DNA of 64,000 nucleotides from assembly GCF_009914755.1 (NCBI RefSeq), contig NC_060932.1; one strand, given 5' to 3'. Made by a program: the position numbers and the translations under genes. The notes below the pieces were generated by a model, which saw nothing but the letters and a program-made list of their open reading frames with translations, was not told the origin of the DNA and ran no database searches. Source of the stretch: the human T2T-CHM13v2.0 reference genome, Homo sapiens. Below are positions 54,958 through 64,000 of the stretch, piece after piece. Each line of letters opens with the position of its first letter. The first letter of the stretch is position 1.

Positions 54958-55210
54958 GGCAGGTTTCTCAAGCTCGGCACTGTCAACATCTTGGATGAAG
55001 GAATTCTTTGTGGTGGGGTTGTCATGTGCACTGGAGGATGTTTAGTAGCAATCTAATGCATGACTACTAAATCCCAGCAATCTAATCCCTGGCCTCTACC
55101 CACTAGATGCCAGAAGCGCCCGCTCCCTCAGAGATGTGACAACCAAAATCATCTCCAGACCTTTCCAAATACACCCTAGGAGACAAAATTGCTCGGTGGA
55201 GAAGCAGTCC
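54958..55210. mobile_element. MER20 hAT-Charlie element
   Basis: ggtttctcaagctcggcactgtcaacat...ggaggatgtttagtagca...ctggcctctacccactagatgccag...gtgacaaccaaaa. Confidence 0.85.
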
Positions 55211-55599
55211 TGTGAGGATAGGAGGAGGCGTGGAGGAAAGCTTTGTCCCCAGCAGCCCCAGGGCAGCAAGGCAGCTCTCCCACCACCACCTCCCCAGGAG
55301 GGCCACACGAGGGTCACGGGGGGAGCAGGGAGGCAGAAGCTGTCTGCCATTGTGTCTGGCCCAGTGACCCTGTTCTGACCGAGCACAAGCGGAGCCCCTG
55401 CCTAGCCGAGGTGACCCAAAAACCAAAGCCTCTTTATCCTCCTGGGCAATTCCCTCCCCACCACCTCCCAAGATGCTTGCAGCTCCAGCTCCTGTCAGCC
55501 CTGCCCCTCCTGTCCTTGGATGCCTCCCATTTCAGGTCTTTCCCTCTCTCACTCAGTGATTCCTGCATTCATTCATCAATGTTCCCAGCACACCTATAA

Positions 55600-55870
55600 G
55601 CTTAGAGGAACTGACTTACCTTTCCTCTTTATCCTTCTAATCCTAGTTAGATTTCTCTTCTTTTCTGTGTTTATCTTTTCGCCTCTCTTTCCCTCCCTTC
55701 ATTCTTTTTATTACTTTTATTACCTTCCTCCTGTTTCTTTCTCTCTCTCACACACACACACGCTTTTTCTCTCTCCTCCTCTCCTTCTTTCTCTCTCTTT
55801 TCTCTGAGCTTCCATCTGTCTTTCCATCCCTTCCCTGTCTGCCTGTTCCCTCCTCTCCTCATGCACATGT
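55600..55870. repeat. CT-rich low-complexity tract with short (CA)n
   Basis: Strong pyrimidine bias on + strand. Confidence 0.85.
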
Positions 55871-56336
55871 GTGTTTGGATGGGACAGGCCTCCTCTCCAC
55901 TGCATCTTGTTCCATCTTTCTGTGGGCAGTTCTGTCTTAACAGCTTTTAACCTGCTTTGGTCTCGAGCTCACCACCATTTTCCGTTTTTCAGATAGTTAG
56001 AGAGCACTTACTATCTTCTAGATGCGGGAGATACATGCATCAATAGGAACATCCAAGAGTGGGTAGTTGAGTTGGCTGACAGTCAAATGACCACACAGAC
56101 TCACATTAACTAAGGGCTTTAGCTTACTAAAGGCCAGGGACAGCCTGGGTGCTTTCATAGGCGTGAAGTCATCTTTTCTATCATGGCACTAGAAAGAGAT
56201 GCTATAGCCAACCCCATGTGCAGGTGGGGATCCTGAGGCAAGGAGGTGTGAGCTAGCTTATTGGAAGTTACATAGCCAGCAAGTAGCAGTGCTGCCAGTT
56301 GAACCCTGGTGATTTGACTCTGAAGCCTGTATGTCC

Positions 56337-56607
56337 TTTTTTTTTTTTTTTTTTTTTTTTTTTGAGACAGAATCCTGCTTTTTAGACCAGGCTGGAGTGC
56401 ACGGGCACGATCTTGGCTCACTGCAACCTCTACCTCCCAGATCAAGCAATTCTTGTGACTAAACCTCCTGAGTAGCTGGGATTACAGCACATGCCACCAT
56501 GCCCGGTTAATTTGTGTATTTTTTAGTAGAGATGGGGTTTCAACATGTTAGCTAGGCTAGTCTCAAACTCCTGACCTCAAGTGATCCACCTGCTTTGGCC
56601 TCCCAAA
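56337..56607 (-). mobile_element. Antisense Alu, 5'-truncated
   Basis: T27 tail, ends at ggcctcccaaa; TSD gaagcctgtatgtcc (56322-56336) / gaagcctgtgtgccc (56608-56622). Confidence 0.95.
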
Positions 56608-56757
56608 GAAGCCTGTGTGCCCTCTTACCCACTATGCCCTCGGCATCACTGCGACAAAATGTTAGGTGCTGGCATGTAGCTACTTGCCTTTGAACTTCCC
56701 CCAAATAAACTTTCTCTCTGCAGAGGCAGGAGAATGTCTTTTAAAACTCTTATTCCT

Positions 56758-57056
<299 letters not shown>

Positions 57057-57494
57057 GTCCCATTCCCAGCACCTAGCAAGATGATTGATGCATACTCAGT
57101 AAAAATCTAGGCCTTATTATTGTGTTGCCAGCCGCACAGGCAGGTGTTATTGTTCTAATAGGGAGACAGGCCCAGGGTGGGTTATCTAAGATCACACAGC
57201 TTGTAGGTGGTAGAGCAGAATTTGAACTGGGATCCACCTGTCTCTAAAGATGGGTTTCCTCCCATGCTTCCACACTGCCTCTCTTGATCAGAAACATACA
57301 AGGAGCTGAGAACATGTCCTCCACTCCCTGGGTACCTTTGCTGGTTAGAAGCCAACTTGCTGTCCTGTGGGGAGGTACAGCCAATTTCTGTGTTCCTCTG
57401 AGTTCTGGGGACCGCAGACCTTAGTGTGGTGAAAGTGAGGGTTGGGGGCTGGTGGGAGCTGTAGATTCATGCAGATTCTGTTCCCCACACACAG

Positions 57495-57688
57495 ATGCTG
57501 TGGGTGAGGTGGAGGCATGGCACAGGAACTGCATAGCCTACACAAGCCCCTGGAGCCCTTGCTCCACCAGCTGCGGCCTGGGGGTCTCCACTCGGATCTC
57601 CAATGTTAACGCCCAGTGCTGGCCTGAGCAAGAGAGCCGCCTCTGCAACTTGCGGCCATGCGATGTGGACATCCATACACTCATTAAG
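57495..57688 (+). CDS. CCN4: CCN4 exon 4: TSP type-1 domain
   Basis: acacag|AT; AVGEVEAWHRNCIAYTSPWSPCSTSCGLGVSTRIS...LIK (WSxCSxxCG motif); donor AAG|gtgggt. Confidence 0.99.
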
Positions 57689-59515
57689 GTGGGTCCAGAG
57701 CAGGTGTGGATGTCTAGACTTCACAAGCAGACAAATATGGGTTTGAGCCTGGCTCCTGAACTTCCTCGTGGGGAGCATTTGTAAAGTGGGAATAGTTAAG
57801 CTCACCTGGTAGGTCTGGTGTAACAGCTATTTCGGATAATGCAGGTCACCAGATTGGTGCATTGTGAATTTCAGTCAATGGAAGCTTTGGTAGGTATCAT
57901 ATTATTAGAATCAGGATCACTCCAGAGAAACCTCAGAGACCCTCAGGAGTGGTCTTCTATAATGATTCTGAGGGATCCTTACCAATTTCCATCCTCCCTT
58001 CACTCCTGTGCCAGCCCACCCCCACACAGCAGCCACACTGGGTGATATAGAGAGCACTAAATGAGGCTCAGGACCCCTAGAGTCAAATGTCTGCTTGCAT
58101 TAATTGCATGTGACTGTGGCCAATCTCTGCTCATCACTGAGCCCCCATTCCCTCATCATTAACATATTGGAGTTGATCTCTGAAATCCCTTTCAGCTTTA
58201 AGAGTCCAAGATAATTAAAATAAAGCATCAAAGAAAATTGGGCCACATTAGTTTGAGCCCCAGTCTCAGAGTTAAAAGTGGATCTGATTTATCTAATTCA
58301 AGTCCTCCTCACTCATGCCTTAGGAGTGGTCAGCCTTTTGTCACAGGAAAAACAAAGCAAAACAAAAAATTCAACAGTTATTCCATTTTTGGAATGCTGA
58401 TGGTTTCTTAGGGATGTTGAGGACAGGGTTGCCTCCCATGTAGAAAAGACAGCACAGCTTCCTGTGATCCTCTTCAGACATCCAACATCACTCCTCATCC
58501 CCTAGACACCTTCTCCAGTCATCTATATATTGATCAACTGGATCCATTTTTCTTCTTCCTTCTCCTTCTTCTCTTCTTTCTTCTTCCTCTCTGATTATTT
58601 TTCCCTGTAATACTAGCTTTTGTATTTTCTGCACTTGGTATACAGTAAGCATTCCATAGACATCTCTTAACTGAAAACGTACATGGAAAAGGTACCAGCT
58701 GCAGAGGAATGACAGCAAAGGTCGTTAGCTGAGTGAGATGGCTCTACCATTACTGGACCACGTAATGCAAGTCCAAGCCAATTTTGATTTCCAACCAATT
58801 TTTTTCCAGAATTATGTGCCCTCAGAGGGTTTCCCAAATTGGGCAAGCTTCATGCCGCCATACAGCCTAGATCTAGCATACTATTTACACAGTAGACCCT
58901 GAGAACCCTCAATCCAATGGGTTTAGTAAGTGCCTACTCTGTACTAGGCATGGAATTATACCACAGAAACACAGAAAGAACAGTAAATCTCAAGTGGCCC
59001 ATAGCCCAGTGGAAGGTAGCGTTACCTTTAATGTCAACCATTTGAATACGTTGAATACTAAAGGTATGTGTGAAAGGCCACGAGAGGCAAAGGCAGGAGG
59101 GGCGGTTAGGGCAAAGCGTGTCCCCTGAGTGTGGAGTCCCGATGCCAGTTCTGCCACTAGCTAGCCAGGGGAACTTGCTTGGATGAAGGAGCTACATAGG
59201 CTCCCCATGTTGGTGAAACCATGATGAATGACTGGCCATAGGCAAGACAAAAATGCAGGACAAAAGAGAAACTGCAGGCTGTGAGATACAACCCAAACAA
59301 AACATTTTTCTCTGTGGTCCTCCATTTACCCCTGTGCGGTATGCTGGATCTCACTGTGTTTGCTGTTGTCCCTCCTTGCTTGAGGATGCTGTGAAGCTGA
59401 AAGTAAGGTGGAATGCTCCCACATAGTGAGAAGGGAAAAACTGGGGGCTCAGGGGAAGAAGGTGGTTGTCCATTCTCTGAGCACTCCCACTGAAAGCTCC
59501 TTTCCTTTCCTTCAG

Positions 59516-59815
59516 GCAGGGAAGAAGTGTCTGGCTGTGTACCAGCCAGAGGCATCCATGAACTTCACACTTGCGGGCTGCATCAGCACACGCTCCTATC
59601 AACCCAAGTACTGTGGAGTTTGCATGGACAACAGGTGCTGCATCCCCTACAAGTCTAAGACTATCGACGTGTCCTTCCAGTGTCCTGATGGGCTTGGCTT
59701 CTCCCGCCAGGTCCTATGGATTAATGCCTGCTTCTGTAACCTGAGCTGTAGGAATCCCAATGACATCTTTGCTGACTTGGAATCCTACCCTGACTTCTCA
59801 GAAATTGCCAACTAG
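59516..59815 (+). CDS. CCN4: CCN4 exon 5 coding part: C-terminal cystine knot
   Basis: ctttcctttccttcag|GCA; AGKKCLAVYQ...PKYCGVCMDNRCCIP...ACFCNLSC...SEIAN* (TAG). Confidence 0.99.
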   Translation, partial: AGKKCLAVYQPEASMNFTLAGCISTRSYQPKYCGVCMDNRCCIPYKSKTIDVSFQCPDGLGFSRQVLWINACFCNLSCRNPNDIFADLESYPDFSEIAN

Positions 59816-61411
59816 GCAGGCACAAATCTTGGGTCTTGGGGACTAACCCAATGCCTGTGAAGCAGTCAGCCCTTATGGCCAATAACTTTTCACCAATGAG
59901 CCTTAGTTACCCTGATCTGGACCCTTGGCCTCCATTTCTGTCTCTAACCATTCAAATGACGCCTGATGGTGCTGCTCAGGCCCATGCTATGAGTTTTCTC
60001 CTTGATATCATTCAGCATCTACTCTAAAGAAAAATGCCTGTCTCTAGCTGTTCTGGACTACACCCAAGCCTGATCCAGCCTTTCCAAGTCACTAGAAGTC
60101 CTGCTGGATCTTGCCTAAATCCCAAGAAATGGAATCAGGTAGACTTTTAATATCACTAATTTCTTCTTTAGATGCCAAACCACAAGACTCTTTGGGTCCA
60201 TTCAGATGAATAGATGGAATTTGGAACAATAGAATAATCTATTATTTGGAGCCTGCCAAGAGGTACTGTAATGGGTAATTCTGACGTCAGCGCACCAAAA
60301 CTATCCTGATTCCAAATATGTATGCACCTCAAGGTCATCAAACATTTGCCAAGTGAGTTGAATAGTTGCTTAATTTTGATTTTTAATGGAAAGTTGTATC
60401 CATTAACCTGGGCATTGTTGAGGTTAAGTTTCTCTTCACCCCTACACTGTGAAGGGTACAGATTAGGTTTGTCCCAGTCAGAAATAAAATTTGATAAACA
60501 TTCCTGTTGATGGGAAAAGCCCCCAGTTAATACTCCAGAGACAGGGAAAGGTCAGCCCATTTCAGAAGGACCAATTGACTCTCACACTGAATCAGCTGCT
60601 GACTGGCAGGGCTTTGGGCAGTTGGCCAGGCTCTTCCTTGAATCTTCTCCCTTGTCCTGCTTGGGGTTCATAGGAATTGGTAAGGCCTCTGGACTGGCCT
60701 GTCTGGCCCCTGAGAGTGGTGCCCTGGAACACTCCTCTACTCTTACAGAGCCTTGAGAGACCCAGCTGCAGACCATGCCAGACCTACTGAAATGACCAAG
60801 ACAGGTTCAGGTAGGGGTGTGGGTCAAACCAAGAAGTGGGTGCCCTTGGTAGCAGCCTGGGGTGACCTCTAGAGCTGGAGGCTGTGGGACTCCAGGGGCC
60901 CCCGTGTTCAGGACACATCTATTGCAGAGACTCATTTCACAGCCTTTCGTTCTGCTGACCAAATGGCCAGTTTTCTGGTAGGAAGATGGAGGTTTACCGG
61001 TTGTTTAGAAACAGAAATAGACTTAATAAAGGTTTAAAGCTGAAGAGGTTGAAGCTAAAAGGAAAAGGTTGTTGTTAATGAATATCAGGCTATTATTTAT
61101 TGTATTAGGAAAATATAATATTTACTGTTAGAATTCTTTTATTTAGGGCCTTTTCTGTGCCAGACATTGCTCTCAGTGCTTTGCATGTATTAGCTCACTG
61201 AATCTTCACGACAATGTTGAGAAGTTCCCATTATTATTTCTGTTCTTACAAATGTGAAACGGAAGCTCATAGAGGTGAGAAAACTCAACCAGAGTCACCC
61301 AGTTGGTGACTGGGAAAGTTAGGATTCAGATCGAAATTGGACTGTCTTTATAACCCATATTTTCCCCCTGTTTTTAGAGCTTCCAAATGTGTCAGAATAG
61401 GAAAACATTGC

Positions 61412-61417
61412 AATAAA
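61412..61417 (+). terminator. CCN4: Candidate proximal poly(A) signal
   Basis: AATAAA followed by U-rich downstream sequence ttgattttttaatgtcatttttccctctt. Confidence 0.6.
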
Positions 61418-63772
61418 TGGCTTGATTTTTTAATGTCATTTTTCCCTCTTATAGTCTTTCTAGCTCCTTTTCAAAAGACGAGAATATCTGATTTTCTGAT
61501 AATTTAGGTGCTTAAGCATCCAAAATACATGGGACACACAAAAATCCAGGAATCCCCTGTAGCTTATTCCCTCTTTCCCATCGGAACCAGCTCTCATCAC
61601 ACATTTAAAAGATGATTCTGTTTACCCAATGCTGCATATTGAATGTTGTGTAGTTATTCACAGGGAATTCTGTGCAGTGTGCAGAGAGATTCCTAAACGG
61701 GAAAAGGACTGGGAATACATCCTCCTTACTGTGACCTCCCCAAAACCTAGTCCAGTGCAAGGTATACAGTGGTGCTCATTAAATACTTGATGAATACAGG
61801 AAGCTGTGCATGTGTTCCTACTTTTATTCGAAGCTCTCTTCTTCCAAAGCTACATGAAAATAGAATTTTAACAGTCAAAATTTTATATTAAGTGCCTTAG
61901 CAAAAGAGACATTTAATATTTCAAAGAAATGCATATGTATGTATACATATATTTGTGTATGCGTATGCAAGAATTCTTGTATAAAGAGAATTCACTCCAT
62001 GAATGATCTCTTCTGTAAGTCAGTGTGAATCATGTTAGATTTTCTGAGAGTGAAAACACCTGCCATCTACAAATTACAAGGCTGGATAACAGCTCACTCC
62101 ATTTGAAATTCAGTGGAAACCCAAGAGCTAGGTTCTTACTGAATTTGCATCTCAATTTGGGAAACTGAACTTAGCTTTCAAAGATCATAGGAAGTCTGGT
62201 TGGAGAAACTAGGGATTATTCTGGCAATGGGTGGAGGAAGGTGGTCAGAATAACCCAGTCGCCATTGGTTTTGAGAAACGGAACTATCTTATGCAGAGCC
62301 CGGAGGGCAAGTCTCAGACCCATGGGTTGAAGCCATGGAGAAGGAAATTTGGATCCAATGTAATGAAGCTCTTTCTAAGTCAGAATTTCCCTGCAATGGT
62401 GTGGCCTGATTCAATAAAAATTAAGAATAATAAATATAATGGAAAAAAATCTCCACTGATTGAGTGTTTACTTGGTGCCAAGCACTATGCTAAGTTGTTC
62501 ATTATTTTATTTAATTGTTACAGCAATTTTGAGTATGCATCTTTCACTATTTTATAAGTGGAAAAGAGAAGTGCCCCCAAAAAGTTAGAGCTCAAACAGC
62601 AGCTTATTCTACCAGCCCCTGCTCTTGCGGAGGCCTCTGGAAAAGACCTGAATGACACCTATTGGAGAATCACATCTACAAGGGGCTTCAAACAGACCAA
62701 ATAGATCATCACCTCTGTGGTCCCTTGTTAACTATATGTTCTGAGACAAAGGAAAGCTACCCTAAGGGTTAGTTAACCTTTGCTGAGGAAATTTACATTC
62801 ATACTTAGAGTGAATTACTCAGGTGTGCTTAGGTGTGCAAAAGGGAAGGAGACCTGAATTCACCAAGTTAAATCTTGCTAAACCTTATCATAAGCATTTT
62901 TTGAGCGCTTAGCATACACCAAGCCTTGTGGAAGGTGCTTTCCTGCCATATCTCATTTAATCCTCACAGCAAACCTATAGAATATGGCATTATCATCTGA
63001 GTCTCACAGAAGTTTAGTCGTGTACTCAAGGTCTTACCAGCTAGTGAACAGCAGACCAAGACTGGAAACCCAGGATAGTCTGATACCTGAGCCATCTCTT
63101 CTTGTGCTACGCCTAGTTATTCTGTCCCCCAAATCAAAAGGCATGACCTTTATAAGAGGCGCTTTACTGACAATAGCTGCAATTTTAACTTTGAAAATGA
63201 TTCAGAATTATCAAAGATAGTAGATTCGAATGACATGATTGTCTATAATCTCGCTAGCCTTGTACTGTGTGTGCATAGCAATTACAGGGAAGTAATCTAG
63301 CTCCTGACTATTATGTTGAACTATGTCGCTGCTTTTTACAAACTTGTCTTGATCCAAAGCAGTCACAATGATAACCCTGCATATCTGGGAATCATAAGTC
63401 AACTATGTATCCCTGTGTGTGTATATATATGTATGTATGTATCTATTTTCAAACTGTGATTTAATATTTAAATATTCCTACTGCCATTTTTGTGACTGAA
63501 AAACTACACATGAGGAAACGTCTTAGAATTTTCCAATAGAGGAAAAATAACACTTGGGCAATCTGTCATGTTTCACAACAGTTCTCATTTTTCTCATGAT
63601 TTGTGTAGCGTGGAATGTGTTTGCTCAATGTGAAGGGTTTTCATTGCTCAATTTCTCTGTGTAAGTCTTTTCCTTAAGGTAATAAACCATCAGCAAAGTC
63701 ACATACTGGAGTTGGTGGCTTTTCTTGTACAGGCAGTTGTTATGAGACAATGATGGAGCATTGAGCATGTTC

Positions 63773-63778
63773 AATAAA
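63773..63778 (+). terminator. CCN4: Candidate distal poly(A) signal
   Basis: Last AATAAA in the window, with an upstream UGUA (CFIm) motif at 63726. Confidence 0.6.
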
Positions 63779-64000
63779 TGTGCAGATGGTGGAAACGAGG
63801 TCCCAGATACTTTATATACTGAAATTAAAATGGCTAAAAAAGTTTGGAAATGGGCTTAGAAACACAAATTTTAGAACTCAGAGAAGACAAGGGCTGCCAA
63901 TGTATCCAGGCTGGAAGACACCTCATGTAAATATAAAATGAAATTTTTGGCATTCATTCATTCACTTACTCACATATTCACTGTCTGTCTACATCCCCAG

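Larger units (their letters stand above)
59816..63795 (+). other. CCN4: CCN4 3' UTR (~4 kb; end inferred)
   Basis: AT-rich, Alu-free sequence after the stop; AATAAA at 60483, 61025, 61412, 62413, 62429, 63681, 63773. Confidence 0.75.

Noticed and set aside
56337-56500. Exonisation of the antisense Alu in intron 3
   Set aside because: The acceptor (T27-gagacag) is present but the usual right-arm donor is lost (ttacagcacatgcc)
59513-59519. Tandem acceptors cag-gcag at exon 5, and ctctccag 13 nt into exon 2
   Set aside because: Offsets of 4 and 13 nt frameshift the full-length transcript; the first AG gives the intact CCN frame and nothing shows alternative use

Overview
Human (primate) genomic DNA holding the complete CCN4 (WISP1) gene on the + strand, recognised from its translation and by established knowledge located at 8q24.22. 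Five coding exons (22480-22548, 44226-44505, 52688-52948, 57495-57688, 59516-59815) with GT-AG introns splice to 1104 nt = 367 aa (signal peptide, IGFBP, VWC, TSP1, cystine knot). There is a CRE/TATA-like promoter near 22.3 kb and a ~4 kb 3' UTR with several poly(A) signals. The rest is intergenic or intronic DNA rich in Alu, MIR, L1/L2, MaLR and ERV-L LTR fragments and DNA-transposon fossils, plus three large simple-repeat blocks. Apart from the CCN4 exons and transposon remnants, the ORF track is essentially artefact. I see no new multi-gene system. The best leads are untested hypotheses on CCN4 isoform control: (1) a sense piggyBac MER75 in intron 2 whose splice acceptor would fuse exons 1-2 in frame to a PGBD4-like transposase N-terminus; (2) two uORFs, a strong-Kozak Met32 and a candidate alternative first exon that could give signal-peptide-less CCN4; (3) a base that is synonymous in the main frame but sets the stop of exon-skipped isoforms; (4) a 33-bp AT minisatellite with perfected palindromes. 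Repeat subfamily names come from recalled consensus sequences, not a database search, and repeat boundaries are approximate unless a TSD is given.
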